The notes below the pieces were generated by a model, which ran no database searches, had not been told where the DNA came from, and saw only the letters and a program-made list of their open reading frames with translations. From positions 1 to 55,715 of the forward strand of contig ADNK01003516.1 in assembly GCA_000320545.1 (NCBI GenBank): a DNA stretch of 55,715 nucleotides, in the 5' to 3' direction. The translations under genes and the position numbers were made by a program. Positions 37,071-51,135 of the stretch are shown here, piece by piece; position 1 is the stretch's first letter; the number at the start of each line of letters is the position of its first letter. Source of the DNA: Bigelowiella natans CCMP2755 (Eukaryota > Protista > Cercozoa).

Positions 37071-40000
37071 TAATATTTCTCAGAAGAGATCGGAGAAGTC
37101 GATATTGAGAGAAATTTTGAAAACAACAATGAGGTGTGCTTCTTCATACTGTCACCGTCATCAATCACGAAGCTCAGCAATTATACTCAGACTATAATAG
37201 TCGACTATGGACCTTCTGAAGACCCAAATAGAGGGGTACTTAAGTTATCTTTAACACAAGAAGCGTGGTGAATTTGAATGTCACGAGAAAAATTACAAGC
37301 TCAACAATTATTCTGATTGTCTTTGTTGCAGTCCTACGAATGGCGCAAGGATCACTACCCTACAAAGATGATGAGACCTGAAGAAGTTCGTCACAAACAA
37401 TTTTCATAATAACTTGCTTGACTTACTTAATCTCTGAGTAGTATCTGCTAATTAGGAGCACTTTGGATATGAGTATGTCATCGCTGTAACTGATTTTCGG
37501 GTAGTATGCTCAATGGAATCATTGATAACTAGCTTGTGTCCTTGCTATGTGCTTTTGATGGCAACCGACTTTGCTTTTAAGGTGAAAGCAAAGAGTAGTA
37601 AAAAGAGGGCTATAATACATTCTCATAAAACAAAGAAAAAAGATCACAGGAGAAGCGAACAAAACGAGGAGGGGATGAAAATGGAGACCAAGATTAAGGA
37701 GGAGATGGGTATTGTTAGAGTGGAAGAGAAACAACAAAGACCAGGAGACAACCCGAAAGGTATAGAGATGAATAATTTCAAAGACGATCTCTCGCTTGAA
37801 ATGAAAGAAGAATTCGAGTATCAAGGAACCGAAGAAGATGGGGAGGAAGTGGAAGTTGGAGAAATGACAGATAACGAACAACTGCTAGGATATCTGCTAA
37901 TGGATATAAAGAGTACTTTCCCCAACTCAGTCGTTATTAGATCTACTGAGAGCTCTGCCAAAACTCTTATAATTCTTATCGCCGTTTCGACGCAAGACTT
38001 GGCTAATATTGCTGATAGAACGAAACCTTACATGAAGTTAAATAATGTCAGAGCTCACGCTCGTGCGTATCAGTTAGATTTACCTTTAGCAGCTCATTTT
38101 CAGGATTCATCCGAGGTCTGGCAAGATATATATGCGCCATTCGAAGAAGATTACATAAGTCTTTTCGAGACGTATGAAGAGGCAAAACCTGGAGATCAAA
38201 AAGGCTTCTATGCAACCAAATTTCGTGAAGCTGAAAGACTCAATCTCATTGACTACGTCGTTAATGACGAAGACCTCATCAACGGATTGAATTTGGATGA
38301 AAAGTATGCCAGCATTTTTGAAGCTGCATTTCCGTTGCATAATGAATCTGAAAGAGATTATTTGATGAATAATTGGAGGGATTATACATATCTATGCTTT
38401 AAAGGATCATGGTGTAAGATCTGGCCATTTGCACAACCAGTTAATTTGATAGAAAGATACCTCGGGCAGAAGATTGCTCTTTACTTCGAATTTCTCCGAA
38501 TGCATACAATGTTCCTTATTCTGCCGGCAATTTTAGGAATAATGGTGTATGGCTATCAAATACTGAGTGGGAATGTCGACAATCTCATCACTGCCGCTTA
38601 CTCACTCTTCGTAGTCATACATTTTTTCGTCTTCTGTCGGATCCACATACAGCATGAAAACAATCTCTCGTCGAAATGGGGGTCTTCGAAGGTTCACGAA
38701 GAAGGAAAAATTCGCCCTGAATATAAAGGAGAAATCTATTGGTCAAAGATAGACGGGTCATTACAACTGGAGCTTCCACGTCAAGAGAAATGCTGTAGAA
38801 GCATGTTAAGTGGAATAGCCGTGATTGGTATCGTGGTTTTTATTTATGCTGCATTGGTGGGTGGTTTCTTTGCAGAGCAAGGAATCGCTGATACAGTCTT
38901 TGCAGGATCCATATTTGCTGTTGTATTGGTGATAGTTAATGCGTTAACTCGTCTTCTAGCACAAATGCTCACTGATTTCTCAAACCCGAAAACAACACTC
39001 GAATACAAGGGAGAATTGATTATCAAGCTTACAATCTTCAAGTTTATGACAGGTTTTGGTTTATTGTATTACTCCGCATTCATTCAAGATAAAGTGGAGG
39101 GAGATTGTGGAGAAACTAGTTGTGAACAGAGAACCGCGAATCTATTGCGTGGAACATTTATAGGAATGATAATTATCAACAATATGTTGGAAATAGGAGT
39201 TCCCATGATTTTAAGCCTATACGGATCAATTGTAAATGTATTCAACAAATATTGGAAAGGAGAAGAACAAGACCATGAATCTCCTTTAGAGTTACAGCTT
39301 AGAAGTAACCCTTACGAAGGAACGCTAGATGATTATGATGAATTAATAAATCAAATAGGATTTACAACATTCTTTGTACCATTCTTCCCTATAGCACCTG
39401 CCTTGGCCATATTGAACAATATTATAGAAGTACATGTAGACAGTACAAAGATCTGTTACTTGTTACGAAGACCCGTCCCTGAAAGAGCTGCCTCTTCGTT
39501 AGAATGGAATCAAGTCCTAGAGGCCTTTAGCTACATCATGCTTCTCACAAATTCTGCATCTATTATGTTCCGATTTGAGTCAGTTAGCACTGCTATCGGA
39601 ATTTCGACGATTACTGAACGTTTTTTCGGATTTCTGTTGATTTGTGTGGTGATTTGTTTGATAAAGATTTTTATCATAAATCCTCTAATTCCTGAAAAAC
39701 TATCAAAAGTTAAGCAACATACTGCGCGTCAGGAGTACTTGTGGCCTTTTCTTCTTGGCATTAAAAAACGCCTTGAAGATTTGGAATTTTCCTACGAGTA
39801 TGATACTGCCAAACTACAAGACATAATTGTTGCAGAGAAAAAGCATCACCGCAACGACGTTGCCGACTACTACTCAACAACAAAGCCAGTAGTACCCACG
39901 CCTATAACAAGAAAAGGAGCCGCATTTCCACAACAAATCCATAATACCAAGCATAGAAGGAAAAGGATTTCACATGACAATAGGGTCTCCATCGATGATC

Positions 40001-40521
40001 TCCTTAGAAAGGGAAAACATCTACCTACTTTCTTTACTGGAGGTAGATCCCCAATCATGACTATAAATGTGGAGTTTAAGAACGGAGGGATTCATAACTT
40101 GCATATTCTAAATGAACCTCCCACTGCACCTCCCGAGCCTATCTGCCCGACTCTTTGCTGCTGCTGCTGCTGCTGCCCTGGACATTGTGAATATAATAAT
40201 GATGAGGAGAAAGAAGACAGGTAGTAGAATCACATAAATGCTGGCGATGATACTACTAAATAAATTAATAGTAGGTACATTTTTTGATGATCTTGGTAGA
40301 AATATTAGTAGTAGTCGTGTTTAAATAAATAATGACGGCATTCAAAAATCATTATTTATATATGTATTTATTATCATAAGGCAAGATAAAAAACAGTTGG
40401 TCCATGTTGGGTCTCAGCTTCGACAAATCTTAGATGCTAAAGGAAAGGTGATAATGTGATAATATCATGGTGATCACGGCAACGATGTCAGAAAATGTCT
40501 TTCACTACGATAATATTCAAC

Positions 40522-40560
<39 letters not shown>

Positions 40561-41008
40561 CACTGCTCAGATCATAAATGATGGTAGTGTGAGCCAGACC
40601 ATACAAAGTAAGAAGGGGGACGGAAGATTTGTGACAAACGTTTTCATGCGGTAGGGAGCAAGAAGATTATCTAACTACGACAGCAGTAGCGCAACACATC
40701 TATTCTAATTGAGACTACTGCTGCTGTCACTGTATTTTCATTGTTTGCCGTGTCTGAGTATTAGTACATTAAACGAATACTGATATCTTGCGATCCTTAA
40801 TACCCCCAATCAATCAATCAATCAATCACTCATTGTTTTTACTGCTATCATCCTCTCATACAGATTCGATAACGAGGATGATGGGCTAGAATATGCAAAA
40901 TTGGTTGGTATATCGTTCGAAATTAATTTCAAAAGAGAAGAAAGCACCAGAATATGGATAGGACAACAAAAAGGTAGTACTAGCGATCGCCATTTTGGTC
41001 ATGATGCA

Positions 41009-41042
<34 letters not shown>

Positions 41043-41242
41043 CTGTAACTAAAATAGTACGGAAAATAATTACTTTAAGTATGATATATTTGTATTGATG
41101 AAGATGTAGTGCAGCCCAAAGTGTTTAATACACTACGACTTCGTTGTCGTTCCCATAATCTAAGTTTAGTTATGTTGTTGTTGTTGTATTAGGTGGATAT
41201 ATTGTAGATTTAGCTAGTACGGAACCCAGCACTGGAGAGGTA

Positions 41243-41281
<39 letters not shown>

Positions 41282-41701
41282 AGTAGTAAGTAAGGAAGTG
41301 GCCTCTTATGACACGGTACTACCGCTTCAAATGTATGATGATGTGAAGTCCACCTTGATATCATCATCATCATCATCATCATCGTCGTCGTCGTAGTCAT
41401 CATATTGTGATCATGTCACCATCTTCTAAACTATGAAGGTTGGGAGACCAGGAGCTGTGGTTGGCCTCAAGGGTGTTCGCATAGGTCACAATTTCTTAGC
41501 ACTTGAATGGCTGTGTATGGTATTCCCGAAAGTCCTGCAAATGACTAAAACAGCAGACAAGAGAATCAAGGTAGAGTAGTGAAAAGTGAGCGACGACGGA
41601 TAACTGTATTGTATATTGTTCCATTAGTCAAATAATAATTTTTACCCTTGCAGATGCTTCTACTTCATTACTACCTTTTACAACGATTTCTCAACACATA
41701 A
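36315..41701 (+). CDS. Anoctamin/TMEM16 Ca2+-activated chloride channel or scramblase; short 5' exons, one large exon and probable PDZ-like 3' extension
   Basis: The large ORF has AAFPLH, QPVNLIERYLGQKIALYFEFL, YEGTLDDYDELINQIGF, FPIAPALAILNNIIEVHVDSTK and RRPVPERA. Phase-consistent upstream exons start near 36315 (start uncertain). A donor at 40221 (GACAG|gtagt) links to five or six further exons ending TAA at ~41701 (less certain). Confidence 0.88.
36999..37068. repeat. (AT)n microsatellite in an anoctamin intron, representative of very many intronic SSRs: (TAG)n, (CAT)n, (GAA)n, (CCT)n, (CA)n, (CT)n
   Basis: Perfect ~35-unit AT run. Similar SSRs saturate the introns at 1-5.9 kb, 13.2-15.8 kb, 17.4-26.3 kb and 45.4-55.7 kb. 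Confidence 0.95.
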
Positions 41702-41859
41702 TTGTCGCTAGGTAATAAAGGAGGACTCTAAATTGTATCGGAATAAAATTGTTCCACAAATATATTATTCCCAATCAAAGTTCTTTCCTGGGAAAAGTAT
41801 GCACGTCTGAGCCGCCTAACAAGCTTAATTAGAACGATCATTTAACATATAGTTCTGCT

Positions 41860-42150
41860 GTGGGTAGGTCATGCACACAACTATTTCAAATTGAATTCAT
41901 GATGTAGCAATAACTGTATCAACTTTTATATTTAATACTTAATGTGCGTTGATTGTGTTTGCATGCTGTATGTGCGACTTCTACTAAAAAAAACAACCCT
42001 ACATGCACTTGTGCCACGTACCACCAAAGATACGCTGCACAGCTCGCGAGCGGCAAAAGAAGCATTGTAAGTAGTGACCGCTGCGCAAAGCTAGAAAGAT
42101 CAGAGTACTTCGCGCTTATTTGATGCATAGTAATTTTGTGCATTGTTGTA
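41860..42150. other. Weaker CATG/TGCA-rich block at the anoctamin/GPR137 convergent junction
   Basis: catgcacac, ttgcatgctg, acatgcacttgtgc and tgatgcatag, with residual ctcgcgagcggc near 42043. Confidence 0.45.
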
Positions 42151-42347
42151 TTTCTTTGTAATAAACTTTGTAATAACTTTGGAATGAAAAGATCAGAGTT
42201 ATTCACTTCCTGTAGCTTTCCCATTCTAGCATTCGAATAAAAGACAATGTACGATGAGAATTACTAAAACACTTTCCTCAATACGCCGACACGCCCGTTG
42301 CTGTAGCATCTTCTTCTCTCGTGTTGAAATGGGTTGTTGCTGTTATT

Positions 42348-44119
42348 CTAATTGTAAGTACCGCCTTGCTCCTGCTGAAATGAGAAGGAAGGATCGCTAC
42401 TACTCACGCCGACCGCAGGAGGTTCATCCCATATTCTGGTGGTATTAGCATAGTATTTCAAACAAGGGATAACAAAATACGTAGAGTGGTAGTTGTAATA
42501 ATTATGACGGACGAAGAAATGAATGATAGCTACAATAACTTACGATTTGCACATAGCATCATCTTCTTCGGTCAGCATACGGTCTCGAGGTGTAGAACTG
42601 CTGTCGCGATGGTAATGGTGACGCCATTTCTCATCTCGATTGCTTGTGGAATGGATACTATATCTGTTGAATATCACCAAGCATTCATAATATTACGTCA
42701 AAGTTAAAAATCCCTCTCTTTATAATGATGGGGTATTTGTCGTTGCGGTGGTAGTGGTGGTGGTACCTTTGAGCAGACGTGGCTGTACCATTTTCACTGT
42801 GGATAAAACCACCAGCAGTAACAGCAGCCGCAGCCGCGTTTTCTTCATATATGGTATAAGTGTTTGGCTCATCGCTATTAATCTGTATTAAGAGGAAGTA
42901 AGGACAAATCCAACAATCATGTGGGATTTTATATATTCAACATGGTCAGCTAGGAGTGAGTGAGGGTGTGTGTGTGTGTGTGAGTGTAAAGACAATGGAC
43001 AACTCGGAGCAAAGTAGAGGAATAAAGCTTTTTGGGGAAGGGGAATGGTAATGACAACGTAACATCTACCTCTACAACTACTTTTATAACTTCGCTATTG
43101 CTATGAAAATACCAAGAAAGTATCCGTCAACTTCGACTCTTTTTGATCATCGTTGTCGTTGTTCAGACACATTCGGGGGATGAAAGGGCAACAGCAGCAA
43201 CAGCATTGTGCCACAATCGACAGTATCTTGCACATACGTCGTTGCACTGCTTTAAACCATCGACGACTTTCACGGGAGCTTGGAATATTTCGGAAATAGT
43301 ACAATATGATGAAGGTTGGAAGAATCTGCAGTATCAAGATTTAGAAGATGATGACAATCAACGATGATGATAACTAAGACGTATGAGAATGAGGATTCAA
43401 AATCATCGTCGTTAACAAGTATGACTATGCTCGCGACACTTAGCATAGATGTAACTAACAACACTATTTTATTCTATGCCTTTGCCGAATGACTTAATTA
43501 CCTCCCAGCAGAAGTACAGTATAAATGAAGGAAAATCAATTTCGAGCCGAGGGCTGTAGACAATGTTCAAGACAAAGAACCTAGTAGAATCGTGATAGTG
43601 AGGAATAAGGAGAGATTTTGGTATATGCATGTATATATAACGCGTTTGGTTTGCTGGTGAATAGAAGTATGAAATGGGAGTCGTAGGTGAATATGGAATC
43701 AAGCAGATAACGACGACGACGACTGTCACAAAACTGGTGTTTATTAATCAATTAACAAGAATGCTGCAAGTTACCACCACCACAACCTATTTACTTTTCT
43801 ACTTACCCATATGTTTTCATGATATCATAAATGCCTCTGGTTAGAAACGTTGTCCAAGCTAATGCTGTTACCTAAGTATTCATAATAATTATGGATTCCG
43901 ACAGAAGGATGAGCAGAGAAGATGCACATTCACATATTATGAATTACAACAGCCAGTTTGCATGGTCCTTGGATATTTGGGAGCAAAATCTTCCTCGAAC
44001 GAGAATGAGATACGAGCGCCACTCCAAAGTAGCTGTAGTAACATTTGGGGGTGGTGGTAAACTTAGACTACGACGACGACAAAATAATTTTCTCTTGTGA
44101 CTATTGCTACTACCACTAT

Positions 44120-44152
<33 letters not shown>

Positions 44153-45280
44153 AAGTACCACCTGTAGATAACTGTGAGGAGAAGATATGCAATACCAATT
44201 GTTCGGGAGAAAAGATTATCCTCCGCTTCATCTGGATCACACTTAGAAACGATCATCAAAAATCAATCCGACAAGAAAGGAAATGATTTATTTATTTCAC
44301 AGTCCGAGAATGGATCATACCATCATGCAATAAAAGAGGATTTGTGGTGTCACCTCCTTTGAGCACGACTTTGCAATAACCCCAAGAGTCAGGCCAAAAG
44401 CAAAACAGTTTGCCACAGAAAACAATCCCCATATCACCTAATAATTGTTAACTATTGAGAATATTTCTAAGATTAGACGAAAAGATTCTCAGTGACTACT
44501 CTAAGTTCAATTTTAAAGCTATTCCTATGATTACCTTCTAAGGACCAATTTATCATTGATAGTACAATCAGTACTATTATCATCATCATATCATTACTGA
44601 TGTGCTTGCTGCTTTCCAAACCATGTCTGCAGGATAATGATATGATTCTGATTCTTATGTTGATATTCTATACTGCAGTTGTCTACTACAACCGGTCTGT
44701 TTGCTGGCCAATCTTGTTGATAGAAAAGTTTTGCGTAGAAGACAAGAATGAGGGAAAATGTTGTAAATTGGAGAGTGTATGGAAGCCATAGGATTAGGAC
44801 AACGACAATGTTCTGAGAAAAAATAGGTTGGATTTGCAGAATTATCAGATAATCAATTTCATCGATTTTGGAAATTGGATAGAGCGAGCTAAACATCTCC
44901 GGAAACGACCATCATGTTGAAAGAAATTTTCCCAAGTACCGGCAGATCGAAATCAGCAGCAAAGAAGAATGCTCGCAAAGTCATCCAAAGAAATACAAGA
45001 AATAGGAAGATAGCTTGGAAGCTGCCCAGGTTATGCCTAAAATGTGGATTTATAAAAGTGTCACACACACACACACACACCTGACAGCTACAAATGGATC
45101 TATCATTACCCATTGAAAATTATCCTGCTAACTTGTACGAGAGAGCTCAACGAAAGTATTGAGTATCTGATTTATTTGAGGCAAGAATAAACATCTGGTT
45201 TGACTTCGAGTGGTCGCTAAATCGTCTTACAAGAGGGCCAGGGCGATGGCCAAGCCGGCTTGCGCATCCTCCGTCAGCAT
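42348..45280 (-). CDS. GPR137/TOM1 (THH1/TOM1/TOM3 domain) 7-TM membrane protein, multi-exon; 3' end approximate
   Basis: MLTEDAQAGLAIALALL|YSILSLSSLVQVSRIIFNG|HNLGSFQAIFLFLVFLWMTLRAFFF ... LWLPYTLQFTTFSLILVFYAKL ... FILYFCWE|ILPTFIILYYFRNIP. These match the GPR137 motifs SYQSVFLFL..WAALR, P.CLQF.T and WELLPT.LVVYFFR. Confidence 0.85.
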
Positions 45281-45851
45281 TCAATTTCGGTTTGGTAAGT
45301 AAGTAGCTCGTGGACTTATTCTTTGATTTATCTATCAACTAGGGCATCGTCCATTGCCCATTACTTGTCCTCTCTCCACATTCGCAGTCTGGCTCCCAAT
45401 AGGTAGATTGATATAGATAGGTATTCTATCTTCGGAAACTAGTAGTCCTCCTCCTCCTCCTCCTGATGAGTTGTGTATTAGTAGTAGGGTTTTCCAAGTT
45501 TTGATTCTTAATTTCGATGATATTCTTATTCTCCTCCTCTTCCTCCTCTAATGGGGAAAAAATATATACCGTTTTAATCTTAACTAGGACTCTTTCTAGC
45601 ACTTCTGTTTCGAGTGTCGAATATTACTAATATTATCACTTAGTCAAAAAAACATACCGCTTTAAACCAAGGAGATTGATCATTCGACACAACGACATCC
45701 ACTCATCGCCATCCATCGTTATCCATCGCCATCCATCGCCATCCCCATCCATCAGTAGTAGGGAAATGGTGGCCTGCTCGACTGAAGAACGACGACAGTG
45801 TACACTGCTAAGGGAGCATGGAAGAGGACGGCTGGAAGGGTGGCTGGCTTG

Positions 45852-46296
45852 ATGTCTACCAATGATCGCAATCATTCCTCCTTGACTGCTGCCTCCTGCA
45901 TACCATGGCTGGTTCTGCTAGTGCTGGCAACCACTACCTTAACACTCAACAACATGGGATTGAGGAGAAGACCGACGATAGCGAGACCGTGGTTGGCTGA
46001 TGACAGAATCTTGTAATTTATTGAAATGTTAATCCACATGTTGATAGATAATTACTGTTCAGCAGCATTCTTTGCTTACACTTTTATGGCCGAATAGTAG
46101 GTCACTCGCGATCGAGCGCAAAGTGACTAAGGGGCAGCAGCAGAATGCAGAAGGAGGAGGAAGAGGAGGAGGAGGGGTAGTTGTTACAACCATATTGAAG
46201 CGTCTTCGTGGGGGAGAAGAGGTTGTGGCAGCGTATGATTTGTCCTTGTTTTTCTTACAGGATAGTCAGTTGCAATGCCGAGATTCTTGCTTCCTC

Positions 46297-46344
<48 letters not shown>

Positions 46345-47870
46345 TTACACATCAAAACCCGAATGTTGCTAACCAGATTCTTGGGAAAAAATGCAACATA
46401 CTAAAATCATCTGTAGTTGTAACACCTTCAAAAGTGTAATAGTTCTCTTCTGTTTGTACCCTACTATTTAAGTCGTGTATGAGAGAAAAAGAAGAGACTG
46501 ATAATGAAGGAAGCGGCAGCTCTGTCAGGCAGGGAGGAAGAGGTGGAATTCATGGTCATTTTGGTCCTTTTTCTGCTTCATATACTACTACTACTACTAC
46601 TACTACTACTAGTACTACTACTACAGCTTCTACTATTACTTTCCCTCATTTTAGTTGAGTGCCCCACCCTATCCCAACAAGCCATAAAATCAATGTTGTT
46701 TTGGTTTCAATAGCAAAAAGCAAAGAAAATGAACGTCTTAGAGTGCGAGTTTCCACAATACTTCAGCAAGGGAGGGAAAGAAGATTTACATCATCATCAT
46801 CATCATCATCATCATCGTACCAATTCCATAATCTTCTTCTTGGTGGTCGGATGCTGTCATATCCATGGGCTGTTTGCTACTCAAACTATACCAACTCACT
46901 CTATGGTAGAAATTAGTAATAGATGTTGTTCCTAGGGCATTTACTTCTTCTTAGTATGTGTAAAGTATCAAGTACTGTATTGAACGATGACTTAACAATT
47001 GCATAGATAATGATTGTGCCACAGCAAGAGTAAAATGATAGAAATTATGGTGATGGCCACGACGATGATGGTGCTGCTGCTGATGATGATGATGTAGGCG
47101 ATAAATTTGTCTAGATACTTCTTCACGCGGTGTAACGGCAACAGCAACGGCTTACACACCATACTCAATTTTGCTCTCTCTCTCTCTCTCTCCCTCTCTC
47201 TCTCCCTCCCTCTCTCTCTCTCCCTCCCTCTCTCTCTCTCCCTCTCTAGTTACCGATACCTGCCGACATGTGATACGACGAATTGGGTTAAACCAAAAAG
47301 AAGAAGAAGAAGAAGAAGAAGAAGAAGAGGTCAATGAGGGAGAAGAGGGATGGTGGAAAGATGAGGATGATCACGAAACGCAAGAGGAACGACAGGATCG
47401 TAGGAAAAAGAGGAGAAAAATGTTGGGTACGACGAGGAGAGCTGGAGGACGGATCTTGTGGGATATTTGTGGCCAAGTGCGTGATCTTGAAGGAGTACCT
47501 ACCGAAGAAAGAGGGAGGAGGAGAAGTAGAAAAAATGAAATGGAAGAAGAGATAGAGGAAGAAATTGACGATGATTGTCATCAAAGCAAGTGTGTGGGGG
47601 GCAGAAAGATAACGATACAAGCGGCGAAGATGGTGAAGGGAAGACGGTTTTCCTCCTCCTCCTTCTCCTCCTCTTCTTCTTCTTTCCATAGAGATGGACC
47701 AGAAACATACGCACTCTTTCACTATCCGTGTGCACTCGCAACGGGTGGGTGATTCAACGATGACGACGACGATGATGATGATCTGTATTTACACCACCTC
47801 CATAATGTAGTATGATCAATGATGTTGCTTCAAGTGCAGTAAATCATAATTATTGACAGAAATTCAATGC

Positions 47871-47909
<39 letters not shown>

Positions 47910-48374
47910 TTGCACATAATCTTATGGTGATGATGATGCTGAATATCGTTCTTCTTCTCACATAATAATACATCTACCCCTACTTCCATTACAAATAACA
48001 ATAGATCCAATGGGTGAAAATATATACGTCAGCGACACGTATAGCCATACCATTCGAAAGGTCGTTCCTAATTATGTTTACCATGGTAGTAGTGTGATAT
48101 TGTGCTGCTGCTGTTGTTGCTGGTGGTGGTGGTGGTGAGGATGACGGTAGTAGTATTCGGTTACACATATGTGCTTCTTGCAACTATGTTTTTCAATTAT
48201 CCATTCGTTGTTTGATAATATATTTTTTGGTTTGGTCCCCCTGCCAGATATCGTTGAAGGCTGATGGTGTAGATCAAGGATCATCTTGCCATGTTACTAC
48301 AATTGCTGGAGTTCCAGGCAATGCTGGTGAATGTGATGGAGAAGCATCAATAGCAAAGTTCAGATATCCCGGTG

Positions 48375-48410
<36 letters not shown>

Positions 48411-48501
48411 TTACTACTACTAGCAATTTCCTTGCTTTACATTGCTTAAGAATAAAATGCCACTCAATTTTATACATCAGTCGTAGTCACAAATTTGATT
48501 G

Positions 48502-48534
<33 letters not shown>

Positions 48535-48985
48535 CAAGGTGGTATGCATTATATCACTTCCTACTACCGTTGCAGGAGGAATTGTATGTGGATCACAGGG
48601 AGAGATCTACGTCGCAGATACTTTCAACCACAAGGTGGAAGGAGGAGGAGGAGAAGGAGGAGGAGGAGGAGGAGGAGGGGGGATAGTACATGGGACAACA
48701 TATCAATATCACTACAATCATCGTCGTCGTCATAAACGAATACCATGTAATCGTGATTGTGTTGTGATGACCTACCTAGCTTTGGTCTTACTATTTCGTC
48801 ATCATCCAGATTCGTATGATCCATCCTTCGTTGGCATCAACACCATCGTCATCATCATCATCAAAACCGTCTGTGGTAGGTAACAGTGTCATCTGTATCA
48901 TCATCATCATCATCATCATCATTATCAGAAAGGAAGAGAAAACTCGGATCGAGAAATTTAAATTATTGCCAAATACTTCTATGTT

Positions 48986-49018
<33 letters not shown>

Positions 49019-49177
49019 GTTGTGTCTATCATTGTTGTATTGTTTTCCATTGTTCTCTGTCCCCCCCCCTCTCCTTTCTTAGGCTATGGTTGTGACAACC
49101 ATCGCAGGACACACAAGAAGAAGGAATAATGACGGTAAGACGAAGAATGGAGAAACAATAGAAAGGAGAATTAGTAA

Positions 49178-49212
<35 letters not shown>

Positions 49213-49921
49213 AAATGGATGGAATAAAGAAGGAGAGGAAGAAGAAGAAGAAGAAGATGATGATGAAGAAAAAGGAGAAGAAAGACGTCAAAGCGATAAC
49301 GAGCAAGACTTGCATATGTATAACTATATTAATTGCTGTGGATATTGTTTTTGATGAGCATAATTAGTATTGGGTTGATACATTTTCTTTTACCCTTTTT
49401 AAATCCCCTTCCTCTCTCCTCTTCCTCCTCCTCCTCCTCCTCCTCCTCCTCCTCCTCTTCCTCCTATCCTTTTCTTCTTCTTCCTCTTGATGATCGTACC
49501 ATCTTGTGCAAACACAGGACCCGGAACAATGGCAAATTTTAGGTTTGTAGTAGCTGCTGAGAGATGTTGTTCTATCACAATTTATTTTTCTGTCTATTAT
49601 TGATGACAGTGGTGATAGTAATGATGATGATATCGATGATGATAATATTGCTGCTGCTACGTTGTGTTGCTTTATTTGGTAATTACAAACACGTGATGTT
49701 GGTACTTACTTATTATTGGTCATGATTATATAGTCAGTACTTCTAGAATAGTAATATTAGTAGTACCAACAGCAGCAATAAGTACTTTATGTATCTACAT
49801 AAGACAGACCAGCAACAAGACTGAACTACCATAAGAATTTAACAACATCTTCTGTCTCATCTTCTTTCTACGTATTATGTGTGTGTGTTCCCCATTTATT
49901 ACTATGATTATGATTATTATG

Positions 49922-49957
<36 letters not shown>

Positions 49958-50643
49958 ATGTGTTTTTGTGTATGTTGCGTGTTACCTTCACTACCACAAC
50001 TGCATTAGCTACCCCTTTGGCATTACTATCATGAAGAAATCAGAAGGAGGAGGAGATAGCACACTGCTTGTGACCCAAGGGTAGTAAACAAGTAGTACTG
50101 TCTGAGTATGACAAGATAAATAGTAGTAAAGATCCTAAAACGGAGAAGAAAATAGTGTGAAGGAGAGGGAGATAGAAGGAAGAATAACCAGAAACATCAA
50201 AGCAGTTATGCAACAGTTCTACCGATGACAGATAAGACACTGATTGATCATGATGTTGTTATATCAATACTCAACAGCACTTTATCATCATCATCATCAC
50301 ATCATTCTTTATCCATTTTCTACGATGCATCTGCTGCTGCTGCTGCTGCTGCTGTTGCACTCCAAATAAACTTCCTCTCTGCCTCGTTCTCTTTTGTTAT
50401 CCATAGTGGTCAATGTTTTCTATGTTCTTATCATGTACTATCTCATTCTTCTTCTTCTTCTTCTTCTTCCTCCACCTCCTCCTTTTTCTGCCTTCATCAT
50501 TATCATCATCATCATCATCATCATCATCATCGTCTGTATGATTATCCAGGACATTCTTGCCAGCAAAGCATTCCGCACCAGCGATTCGTATGATTAAGAA
50601 GAAGAACAAAAGGACAACACCCATCACAACATCGCCATTTAGA

Positions 50644-50674
<31 letters not shown>

Positions 50675-51100
50675 CGATGAAGAGGGAATACGATGATTTG
50701 GAAGTAACAACAATTGCGGGTGGAAAGAAGTGGGGCTACGTAGATGGCTTTGCACCGCCTTCAAAGATACGATTTATGAATCCGAAAGGTTACTACATTA
50801 TTATTACGATTATTCGAGGAGGAGGTGGTGGAGGAGGAGGAGGTGGAGAAGGAGGATAATATAAGTAAACCAATACTTTCCTCCTCGTAATAATAGTAAT
50901 CCTTAATTTCCATGTTTCTTTTGATTTTCTTCTACAGTTTGATGATCTTGTTTTTGTTGTTTTGTTTCTATATCCTCACCACTTTTACTACTACTACTAC
51001 TACTACTACTACTACCCGTATGAAGGAATATGTCTTAGCCCATGTGAGAAGTTTGCTTATGTCACAGACGTACAAGGCCACCACATACGGTACCAGTAGT

Positions 51101-51135
<35 letters not shown>

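Noticed and set aside
47288-47722. Minus-strand membrane-protein ORF (144 aa)
   Set aside because: It is antisense to NHL-repeat exons; the apparent hydrophobicity comes from the complement of GAA/GAG repeats.
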